Positions 57,525-64,000 of a stretch of DNA of 64,000 bases are shown here, in pieces (positions within the stretch are counted from its first letter, which is position 1; the number at the start of each line of letters is the position of its first letter). Where the stretch lies: the IMG/VR virus record IMGVR_UViG_3300045996_002451, positions 19,172 to 83,171 of that record; one strand, written 5' to 3'. A model generated the notes under the pieces. The model saw nothing but the letters and a program-made list of their open reading frames with translations. It searched no databases and was not told the origin of the DNA. Made by a program: the position numbers and the translations under genes. The stretch comes from a virus (Duplodnaviria > Heunggongvirae > Uroviricota > Caudoviricetes).

Positions 57525-57609
57525 GGATGCGTGTCAGAGCGGCTATTGAGCTAACCTGGAAAGTTAGTAGGGGCGCAAGCCTCCGTGGGTTCGAGTCCCA
57601 CCGCATCCG
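57525..57609 (+). tRNA. tRNA-Ser(GGA)
   Basis: Loop CTGGAAA; long variable arm. Confidence 0.92.
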
Positions 57610-57623
57610 CTTAGGAGTACTCG

Positions 57624-57890
57624 ATGAAAACATGGTGTATAGTACCGAGACGCTGGTTAGCCAGTCTGCTTACCGCCCCGTTCGCCGAGGCGGACTGGAA
57701 AGTGGCAGAAAGCAGCATGTTTGAGTGGCGCGCGGACGGCTCGGAGTATCTCCCGAAGACGTATACGCTTTGCTTGCTGGGTGTCTTCAACGGCGTCTTG
57801 GCAAAGTTCGATCGCGCCCTGGTGCTCTTGAACGAGAAAGCAAACTGGAGACTAAGACTGGTAAAACGGTCGGCGATCTTCGGTGGTTGA
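57624..57890 (+). CDS. hypothetical protein
   Basis: AGGAG RBS; fills the gap between tRNAs. Confidence 0.55.
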   Translation: MKTWCIVPRRWLASLLTAPFAEADWKVAESSMFEWRADGSEYLPKTYTLCLLGVFNGVLAKFDRALVLLNEKANWRLRLVKRSAIFGG

Positions 57891-57905
57891 GCACTAGCGC
57901 AACGT

Positions 57906-57976
57906 AGGTGTGTAGCTCAATGGTAGAGCAGCGGTCTCCAAAACCGAGTATGCGGGTTCGATTCCTGTCACACCTG
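57906..57976 (+). tRNA. tRNA-Trp(CCA)
   Basis: Loop CTCCAAA. Confidence 0.92.
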
Positions 57977-58062
57977 TGCTTCATCCATCTCGAAGGCGCG
58001 AGGAAACGGCTCGCGGGTAGCGCACGACTAAACACCGGATGCAGCCATGGATGCGGGTGTAC

Positions 58063-58135
58063 GGGGTCATAGCTCAATTGGGAGAGCATCTGTATGGCAT
58101 ACAGAAGGTTTGGGGTTCGATTCCCCATGACTCCA
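58063..58135 (+). tRNA. tRNA-Ala(GGC)
   Basis: Loop ATGGCAT; G3:U70. Confidence 0.92.
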
Positions 58136-58258
58136 TCGACGAGCCGAAGGCTTTGGGTTACCAGGACAAAGCGGCGAGATAGCATCAAGCTGTGAGGTGG
58201 GTTCAAGCCCTGCCACCCGCGCAAGCGGTTTTACCCAGTTCCATCCCTTGCTCGTTGA
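58136..58258 (+). ncRNA. Y RNA-like with an internal T-like arm
   Basis: TCGACGAGCCGAAGG...GGTTACC...GTGGG-TTCAAGC-CCTGC...CCCTTGCTCGTTGA. Confidence 0.72.
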
Positions 58259-58261
58259 TAC

Positions 58262-58334
58262 GGGGCCGTAGCTCATCTGGGAGAGCATCTCATTCGCACC
58301 GAGAAGGTACGGGGTTCGAGTCCCCGCGGCTCCA
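58262..58334 (+). tRNA. tRNA-Ala(CGC)
   Basis: Loop TTCGCAC; G3:U70. Confidence 0.9.
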
Positions 58335-58358
58335 TGCTACTTACGGATACTGAATGGA

Positions 58359-58895
58359 ATGACTTTGGAAGAACGCCGGGTACCGGTTGCCTTGACCGCG
58401 TACAACCTGAAACTCGCTCTGGAGCTTGCTGGACAACGTAATGGTAAGGAACGGCGCTACGGCGCCATGACTTACGGCGGCAAGCAGTCCGGACTAGGAG
58501 CCCACACCGTGGGGATCCTGGCAGAGATGGCGGTGGCGCAGCACTACGGAGTGCAGGTAGATCAAACCATTTACCAGACGCACGGAGACAATGGCATCGA
58601 CCTCCAGAACGTGGCCCAGTACGGGCGCGTGGGCGTGAAGTGCACGACTTACACCCGGCAGCCGCTGCTCAGGGTGGAGAAGGAACACTTTTCCCAGGAG
58701 ATCGACACCTACGTACTTTGTTGCCTTGACGAGAAACAACCAAGCGTTGTATACTTGGTTGGGTCAGCAAGTAAGGAGCACGTCGCACAGGCTCCGGTAA
58801 AACGGTTACTGCAAAGCGGACCGCTGAACTACCTGCTCAGCGAAGCGGACCTGAGTCCGATGCAGCCGCACCTGTGGGACCCCTGGCTTCATTGA
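58359..58895 (+). CDS. PD-(D/E)XK-like nuclease-fold protein
   Basis: GILAEMAVA...GDNGIDL...VGVKCT. Confidence 0.55.
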   Translation: MTLEERRVPVALTAYNLKLALELAGQRNGKERRYGAMTYGGKQSGLGAHTVGILAEMAVAQHYGVQVDQTIYQTHGDNGIDLQNVAQYGRVGVKCTTYTRQPLLRVEKEHFSQEIDTYVLCCLDEKQPSVVYLVGSASKEHVAQAPVKRLLQSGPLNYLLSEADLSPMQPHLWDPWLH

Positions 58896-58912
58896 CAACC
58901 ACATACAGTTCA

Positions 58913-59035
58913 CGGGGAGGTAGTTTAATGGCAAAACCCTAAACCCTTCTTCCACTCTTTGCCCGGAACCGGGCCGTCGGCAGCAGGTTATCTACTGTTA
59001 ATAGAGTGATGGACGTTCGAATCGTCCCTTCCCCG
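58913..59035 (+). ncRNA. YrlA-like Y RNA
   Basis: CGGGGAGG/CTTCCCCG stem, D arm, CCCTTCTTCCACTCTTTGCCCGG-AA-CCGGGCCGTCG...GGTTATC, T arm GGACG-TTCGAAT-CGTCC. Confidence 0.78.
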
Positions 59036-59039
59036 CTAT

Positions 59040-59113
59040 GGATCGCTAGCTAAATGGTTACAGCAGCTGCCTCTTAAGCAGAAGACTTCCGAGTTCGAGT
59101 CTCGGGCGATCCA
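59040..59113 (+). tRNA. tRNA-Lys(CTT)
   Basis: Loop CTCTTAA. Confidence 0.9.
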
Positions 59114-59117
59114 CTTT

Positions 59118-59190
59118 GGCCGTGTCGTCTAGTGGTTAGGACATCTGGCTCTCATCCAGAAAATCGTGGGTTCGAGTCCCATCGCGGCTA
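59118..59190 (+). tRNA. tRNA-Glu(CTC)
   Basis: Loop CTCTCAT. Confidence 0.9.
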
Positions 59191-59191
59191 T

Positions 59192-59428
59192 ATGACTATT
59201 CGTCTTTGGAAGTTTCCTAACAACAAAGAAAGCCCGGCGCCTTGTGCCGGGGCAGTGTGGACGGAACACCCGAAAGGGTCGTTCTGGGCCATTCAGGTAG
59301 AAACGCTGGAAGGGCTGCACACGCTCATGCTGAATACCTGCACTGATTACGGAATGATGTCTGCGGACCCCCCAGGATATGGTTACGACTTTTCCCTGGA
59401 AGTGGATCACGACTGCTACGATCGGTAG
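59192..59428 (+). CDS. hypothetical protein
   Basis: ATG directly after tRNA-Glu; fills the gap. Confidence 0.5.
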   Translation: MTIRLWKFPNNKESPAPCAGAVWTEHPKGSFWAIQVETLEGLHTLMLNTCTDYGMMSADPPGYGYDFSLEVDHDCYDR

Positions 59429-59435
59429 CAGATAA

Positions 59436-59507
59436 CCACGGATAGCTCAGTGGTAGAGCCATCAGCTGATAACTGATAGGTCGGGGGTTCGACTCCCTCT
59501 CCGTGGA
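59436..59507 (+). tRNA. tRNA-Ile(GAT)
   Basis: Loop CTGATAA. Confidence 0.92.
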
Positions 59508-59618
59508 CTGACGATTACCGTGCAGTGATGCCGGACGGTGCGGGACGCTGCACCGAGGGGTCTACCGGGTGAGCTTTCTAGAGGCGCTACCCAGTAACAA
59601 CGACCTCATCCGAGACCC

Positions 59619-59690
59619 CGCCCTGTGGCTCAGCGGTAGAGCACTTCGTTGACATCGAAGAGATGGAAGGTTCGATTCCTTCCAGGGCGA
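59619..59690 (+). tRNA. tRNA-Val(GAC)
   Basis: Loop TTGACAT. Confidence 0.92.
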
Positions 59691-59695
59691 CTTAC

Positions 59696-59767
59696 GGATC
59701 TGTAGCACAATGGTAGTGCAGCCGCCTTTTAAGCGGAGGGTTAGGGGTTCGAACCCCCTCGGATCCA
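59696..59767 (+). tRNA. tRNA-Lys(TTT)
   Basis: Loop CTTTTAA. Confidence 0.92.
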
Positions 59768-59770
59768 TCT

Positions 59771-59842
59771 CACCCGGTGGCGCAATGGTAGCGCGGCTGT
59801 TTTACACGCAGTAGGTTGGGGGTTCAAGTCCCTCTCGGGTGA
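59771..59842 (+). tRNA. tRNA-Val(TAC)
   Basis: Loop TTTACAC. Confidence 0.92.
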
Positions 59843-59846
59843 CTGT

Positions 59847-59918
59847 GCCGACGTAGCTCAACGGTAGAGCACCTGTTTTGTAAACAGTATGTTGCGGGTT
59901 CAACTCCTGTCGTCGGCT
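59847..59918 (+). tRNA. tRNA-Thr(TGT)
   Basis: Loop TTTGTAA. Confidence 0.92.
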
Positions 59919-59921
59919 TGT

Positions 59922-59993
59922 GGCCCTGTCGTCTAATGGTAAGGACGCCACTCTTTCAAGGTGTGAACGAGGGTTCGATTCCCTTCAGGGCTA
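59922..59993 (+). tRNA. tRNA-Glu(TTC)
   Basis: Loop CTTTCAA. Confidence 0.92.
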
Positions 59994-60008
59994 TGACTGG
60001 AAAACGAG

Positions 60009-60194
60009 ATGAAAGACGTACGGAAGGTGGCGGAGCTGTTCGCGACAGCCACCCTGGACAGCTTCATTGAGCAGCTTGAGACGATCAAGAAGGATGCCGA
60101 AGAACTGGGCGTGACCAACCTGACCATCGAGCCTACCGCGCTCGTGGCAGACGACATGCTAACTGTTTACGGAGAATGGCCCGACGTAAAGTAA
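60009..60194 (+). CDS. small hypothetical protein
   Basis: 61 aa, coding-like composition. Confidence 0.5.
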   Translation: MKDVRKVAELFATATLDSFIEQLETIKKDAEELGVTNLTIEPTALVADDMLTVYGEWPDVK

Positions 60195-60210
60195 GGCACG
60201 TACCTAAACC

Positions 60211-60501
60211 ATGGCGACTAAAGAGTTAGTCATCGGGTCAGCGATCCTGCTCAAAGACCTGCTGATCGAGGAAGGGTTTGCGGTAGGCTCTCTCGGAGCG
60301 ATCAAGTTGATCCGCTCGGGGGTGGTCCAGTTGGGCGATGAGGTCATCACCGATCCCAACTACCAGGTAGATCCCTTTACTCGTGATATTTTAGTGGTGA
60401 ACGGGGAGCAGCGGCGCCTAATGTTCGTGTCCCACTACAAGCGCTCGTTCGAGGTAGAGTACGAGTGGGAAAGCCCCGCCTGCGTGGCTTGGGCTTCGTA
60501 A
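60211..60501 (+). CDS. stand-alone S4-like RNA-binding domain protein
   Basis: LKDLLIEEGFA.GS..AIKLIRSGVVQLGDEVITDP resembles the TyrRS C-terminal S4 domain. Confidence 0.65.
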   Translation: MATKELVIGSAILLKDLLIEEGFAVGSLGAIKLIRSGVVQLGDEVITDPNYQVDPFTRDILVVNGEQRRLMFVSHYKRSFEVEYEWESPACVAWAS

Positions 60502-60512
60502 GACAGTATGAT

Positions 60513-60584
60513 GCCGGGGTAGCACAACGGTAGTGCAGACGCTTCGTAAGCGTAAGGTTAGGGGTTCGATTCCCCTCTCCGGCT
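60513..60584 (+). tRNA. tRNA-Thr(CGT)
   Basis: Loop TTCGTAA. Confidence 0.92.
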
Positions 60585-60622
60585 TGTTACGTGCTCACAG
60601 ATGTGATACACTGTAACTACTT

Positions 60623-60695
60623 GGGGATGTGGCGTAGTGGCTAACGCACTTCACTGTCACTGAAGAGACCGCGGGTTCGAGTCCCGTCATCCCCG
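60623..60695 (+). tRNA. tRNA-Asp(GTC)
   Basis: Loop CTGTCAC; G73. Confidence 0.92.
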
Positions 60696-60699
60696 CTTT

Positions 60700-60772
60700 G
60701 GGACCGTAGCTCAACGGACAGAGCATCTGGCTTCTACCCAGTTAGTTGGGGGTTCGAGTCCCTCCGGTCCCA
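60700..60772 (+). tRNA. tRNA-Arg(TCT)
   Basis: Loop CTTCTAC. Confidence 0.88.
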
Positions 60773-60776
60773 TTTT

Positions 60777-60849
60777 GGATGTGTGGCGCAACGGATAGCG
60801 CACTGGCCTGCGAAGTCAGAGGTTGTGGGTTCGAGTCCCGCCACGTCCA
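60777..60849 (+). tRNA. tRNA-Arg(GCG)
   Basis: Loop CTGCGAA; GGA in the D loop. Confidence 0.88.
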
Positions 60850-60861
60850 CTGGTGTAACCA

Positions 60862-61113
60862 ATGGAAACTTTAGCTACCTTCTTGTGCGAAGAACAGGAC
60901 GCGGACTACGCGTTCTACCTGCTGGCAGTTACTTTAGGTATCTGCGAGCACAGTATGGACGCTTGGTACAAGAACAAGGCAGAGTTCTGTTCGAACACCG
61001 AGCTGAACCAGTTACTACACAGCATCATGTTCAAGCTGGTGGATGCTGGTTTGGTGCTTTGGCAGAATGGTGGGTTCAGATGGAACCCTGATGTGAAGCC
61101 ACTGAGCAGTTAG
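60862..61113 (+). CDS. hypothetical protein
   Basis: 83-aa ORF filling the gap between tRNAs. Confidence 0.6.
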   Translation: METLATFLCEEQDADYAFYLLAVTLGICEHSMDAWYKNKAEFCSNTELNQLLHSIMFKLVDAGLVLWQNGGFRWNPDVKPLSS

Positions 61114-61117
61114 GTTT

Positions 61118-61189
61118 CGGGGTGAAGTCCACTGGCTGGACGCATGCCTTGGGAGCATGAGGTAGCAGGTTCGATTCCTGTCACCCCGA
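61118..61189 (+). tRNA. tRNA-Pro(TGG)
   Basis: Loop CTTGGGA; C1-G72. Confidence 0.9.
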
Positions 61190-61306
61190 TTGGCGAAGCG
61201 CGGAAGGGCCGGGCGTGTTTCGCTTAATGGTGAACCATGGCCCCAGAGCGCAAGCCGGAAGCGGCGCCTTCGGGCGAAAAATGAGTGCAGCCGGTATCAC
61301 CACCCT

Positions 61307-61379
61307 CGGGACGTAGCTCAATGGACAGAGTACCTGGCTTCGAACCAGTTGGCTGAGAGTTCGAGTCTCTCCGTCCCGA
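61307..61379 (+). tRNA. tRNA-Arg(TCG)
   Basis: Loop CTTCGAA. Confidence 0.9.
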
Positions 61380-61433
61380 TCGATCGCGTTACACGGGTAA
61401 CATGATCTACTTGACAACCGCATAGCGATGTAT

Positions 61434-61505
61434 GGTGGCCGTAGCTCAATGGTAGAGCACTAGGTTGTGGCCCTAGAAACGCGGGTTCGATTCCCGTCGG
61501 TTACC
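61434..61505 (+). tRNA. tRNA-His(GTG)
   Basis: Loop TTGTGGC; encoded G-1:C73. Confidence 0.92.
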
Positions 61506-61788
61506 CTTTGGAACGGTTAGGTCTGGATCTGGGATGGCGGCTCCCGGAGAAATACCTACCCGTCCCATTTTTTAGCGCCTCCGTGGCCCTCTTTTCAAGG
61601 GAGACCATGGGGGCGCTAATTTTTGGGACCCCTTACCAGGAGGTACTGGATATAGATGGATAGGCTTACTAATAGAGGCAGTAGCTTACTAGTTAGAACG
61701 CTGCTTCTTGGTTAACAGTAGAGGCAGTAGCCTTGCATGCGTGCATGGGCCTCACGCACAAGGGAAAGCACGTGATTCACAAAAGTAC

Positions 61789-61817
61789 TTGTATGACGCG
61801 TCATACTAGGGTAAACT
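61789..61817 (+). promoter_or_regulatory. sigma70-like promoter overlapped by the palindrome GTATGACGCGTCATAC
   Basis: TTGTAT-17 nt-TAAACT; palindrome at 61791-61806. Confidence 0.6.
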
Positions 61818-61882
61818 CCTAGTGAGCTTGGTACTCCGCCCGCCAGTGGGGTACTGAGTCCTCCTTATCCAGCCAGAAACCC

Positions 61883-62116
61883 ATGCCTGAACGACGCTAC
61901 AAGATTTGTGACTGCCCAACAGAAGTAGGTGCCATCACGTGCTTCTGCCTGATCCCAACCGCCGACGAACTCAAGATTTTCTGGCCGGTGAGTGAAGATC
62001 TGGATCCGGACGCACATGCGGCCCTGGTTCGAGAAGCACAACGCTTGGAACGCTCCGAGCAAGACGCTTACCGCAAGCAGCCCACGGTCTCCTGGGCAGA
62101 AGCCACCCAGCTATGA
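61883..62116 (+). CDS. hypothetical protein
   Basis: 77 aa, ATGA overlap with the next gene. Confidence 0.55.
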   Translation: MPERRYKICDCPTEVGAITCFCLIPTADELKIFWPVSEDLDPDAHAALVREAQRLERSEQDAYRKQPTVSWAEATQL

Positions 62117-62805
62117 GCACTCCCCGCGTCACGGTCATCATGACCCACTACAATCAGCCGAAGTTCGCGCTAGAGGCGCAGCACTCGGTGGTGGGACAGA
62201 CGTTCCAGGACTGGGAGCTGCTTCTCTACGACGACGGTTCTGCCGCCACAAAGCAGCCGACGATCGTAGACGACCCGCGCATCAAGGCGCACTTTATGCC
62301 GGAGCTGGCGCCGCTGGAGCGCAAGTCCAGGACGCGGTACGCGGTCCTGAACAACCTGGGACTGCACGCTGCCCGCGGCGGGTTGATCACCTACCTCACC
62401 CAGGATGATCTGTACTTCCCGGACCGGCTAGAGCGGATGGTGCGCTACATGGATCAGCACCCGACCTGCAATAGCTGCTACGGCCCACAGGCGCTCTGGT
62501 ACTGGGAAAACGGGCGCTGGGTCAGCAAAGGCCTCCGGATCGCGCCTACGCTCGTTCTAGACCCCTTAAACGTCATCGATCACGACTCGGTGATGCACCG
62601 CGCCGCGGTCGGTCGTCAGTGCGGGGGTTGGCCGGAAGGCCCGGAGTTCTGGCGCAAGGCGGACGGCTACTTCTTCCGGGAGCTGATCAAGCTGGGCGGT
62701 CCGCTCCAGCGCATCGACGGTTACGAGCCGACCGATGTCCACCGCTTCCATCGCTCCAACCTGACGGATCACCTGGCCAAGAACGAGCTGGAAAAAGCGT
62801 TCTAA
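62113..62805 (+). CDS. GT2 glycosyltransferase (SpsA-like)
   Basis: VTVIMTHYN, QTFQDWELLLYDDGS, ITYLTQDD.YFPDRL, IDHDSVMHR. Confidence 0.9.
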   Translation: MSTPRVTVIMTHYNQPKFALEAQHSVVGQTFQDWELLLYDDGSAATKQPTIVDDPRIKAHFMPELAPLERKSRTRYAVLNNLGLHAARGGLITYLTQDDLYFPDRLERMVRYMDQHPTCNSCYGPQALWYWENGRWVSKGLRIAPTLVLDPLNVIDHDSVMHRAAVGRQCGGWPEGPEFWRKADGYFFRELIKLGGPLQRIDGYEPTDVHRFHRSNLTDHLAKNELEKAF

Positions 62806-62828
62806 CCGGCGTTACCCGTGTAACAACT

Positions 62829-63563
62829 ATGTCTTTACTCCACGAACGCTACAAGCGAGACGGCTTCCTGATCCTGGACTCCGGCCTGTCCGACGCCCTG
62901 TTGGATGCTGCCGTTGCCGAGATGGAAGCGATCTATGCCACGCGTCTCCACGCCGCCACAGGCGGCACGCGCCCTAACCGGGTGCAGGACGCCTGGGAGA
63001 TCTCCCCTGCCGTCCGCGAGATCGCGCTGGCGCCAGGTATCCTGGACCTGCTTACCGTGCTTTACGAAAACACGCCGAAACCCTTCCAAACGCTCAATTT
63101 TCCGATCGGTACCGAGCAGAAGTGCCATTCCGACACGATCCACTTCAATAGTGATCCTGCCGGGTTCATGACCGGAGTCTGGTTGGCGCTGGAAGACATC
63201 GATCCCGAGAACGGTCCGCTGGTCTACTACCCCGGTAGTCACCAGTTGGAAGAGTTCACGATGCAGAGCTTCGGACTACGCCCCACTTCCGAAGACTACC
63301 CCAAGTACGAAGAGCAGATCGAAAACGTACTCGAGTTCGAGATGCAGTACAACGGGTTGCAGCGTGAGTACGCCCTCCTCCAGCGCGGGGAGATGCTGAT
63401 CTGGGATGCGAACCTTCTTCACGGTGGTAGTTTCCAACTGGACAAGACGCGTTCGCGTCACAGTATGGTCACCCACTATTTCTACGAGGGCTGCAAGTAC
63501 TACACGCCGATGTTCAGCACACCGACGCAGAAGTTCTGGCGCTCGCCACACTGGATCGTGTGA
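62829..63563 (+). CDS. PhyH-family 2OG-Fe(II) dioxygenase
   Basis: HSDTIHF, GVWLALEDIDPENGPL.YYPGSH, LLHGG, R.S. Confidence 0.9.
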   Translation: MSLLHERYKRDGFLILDSGLSDALLDAAVAEMEAIYATRLHAATGGTRPNRVQDAWEISPAVREIALAPGILDLLTVLYENTPKPFQTLNFPIGTEQKCHSDTIHFNSDPAGFMTGVWLALEDIDPENGPLVYYPGSHQLEEFTMQSFGLRPTSEDYPKYEEQIENVLEFEMQYNGLQREYALLQRGEMLIWDANLLHGGSFQLDKTRSRHSMVTHYFYEGCKYYTPMFSTPTQKFWRSPHWIV

Positions 63564-63895
63564 TGCTGGATCATGACCGAGAGCCGATTACGGTCTCTCT
63601 TTACGATCGGGTTCCCGGTACGGACGTTTGTTATACGGACCTCCTGGAAGACCCGACCGCCCGCTTTGAAACAGAGTTAGTAGGACGAGTCGCCCTGCAG
63701 CAAGAGTGGGCGCGACTCACCGTTTTCCAGCGTTGTTTGTTACGCCGGATCGTACACCAATCTCCTCCGGAGGTTGCCCGTACGTTAGAGTTGATTGCCG
63801 CAGAGCAGGGCAGCGACCTTGCTCAGGTAGTTACCGAATACCAACAAGCACTCAAGCAGTTAAGGGTGATTTTGGATGGAACCAACGAATCGTGA
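63560..63895 (+). CDS. sigma70 region-4-like HTH protein
   Basis: LTVFQRCLL...RTLELIAAEQG...V....QQALKQLR. Confidence 0.55.
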   Translation: MMLDHDREPITVSLYDRVPGTDVCYTDLLEDPTARFETELVGRVALQQEWARLTVFQRCLLRRIVHQSPPEVARTLELIAAEQGSDLAQVVTEYQQALKQLRVILDGTNES

Positions 63896-64000
63896 AGCGC
63901 TGATCGAGAAGTATGCCTACCTGGTGCACACCACCTGCAACATGATGACGCGCGGTAAGCCGCAAGCTCGACAACGAGAGGAAGGCGTCAAGACGTCGGG
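63876..64000 (+). CDS. possible sigma factor N-terminus (truncated by the window end)
   Basis: Open frame MEPTNREALIEKYAYLVHTT resembles the start of FliA/WhiG-type sigma region 2. Confidence 0.45.
   Translation, partial: MEPTNREALIEKYAYLVHTTCNMMTRGKPQARQREEGVKTS

Larger units (their letters stand above)
793..62824. repeat. dispersed 14-bp parS-like palindrome GTTACACG[G/T]GTA[A/T]C (at least 17 copies)
   Basis: Copies start at 793, 6165, 8825, 14118, 17662, 22914, 26486, 31116, 35339, 37296, 40054, 42952, 49899, 53915, 56320, 61388, 62811. Confidence 0.85.

Noticed and set aside
54342-61423. Short ORFs overlapping tRNA genes (e.g. 54342, 55276, 55925, 57787, 60783)
   Set aside because: Explained by the cloverleaf sequences; only ORFs filling gaps between tRNAs were kept.
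1-64000. CRISPR array
   Set aside because: No regularly spaced direct repeats with unique spacers; the repeats are dispersed palindromes or two-copy units.
1-64000. Alternative genetic code
   Set aside because: Recognisable genes are full length in the standard code, end in TAA, TAG or TGA, and no suppressor anticodon was found.
1-64000. Host assignment
   Set aside because: No diagnostic marker is readable by eye; it needs database searches.

Overview
The window looks like part of a large phage (or phage-like element) genome; no capsid, terminase or integrase gene is visible, so the assignment is inferred from gene content. Positions 1-49 kb are coded on the minus strand and 50-64 kb on the plus strand, with a non-coding switch region at ~49.0-49.95 kb. 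Main observations: (1) Two very divergent two-barrel RNA polymerase candidates. One is a single 1196-aa chain (43943-47533) with the DxDGD (beta'-like) barrel BEFORE the lysine (beta-like) barrel. The other is a paralog split into 553-aa and 646-aa genes (6210-7871, 3340-5280). A strand-specific intergenic motif (AGATTGCGTGTAGGGGTG, 8 copies) may be their promoter. (2) A Ro60/TROVE gene preceded by a ~4.7 kb mostly non-coding cassette with 9 Y-RNA-like genes of several architectures, tRNA mimics without normal anticodon arms, a 265-nt tRNA-framed RNA and long structured RNA candidates; 2 more Y-like RNAs lie in the distant tRNA array. (3) An orphan ParB gene with at least 17 parS-like palindromes (GTTACACG[G/T]GTA[A/T]C) spread through the window, plus a second palindrome family. 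(4) A tmRNA overlapped by an HNH gene, a 37-tRNA array covering all 20 amino acids, and a CCA-adding enzyme. Also present: SLOG-RNase H fusion, NADAR, macrodomain, WGR, RecQ, SF2 helicase, SSB, two expanded paralog families, GT2, PhyH dioxygenase and sigma-factor-like genes. All calls come from motif reading by eye; no searches were run.
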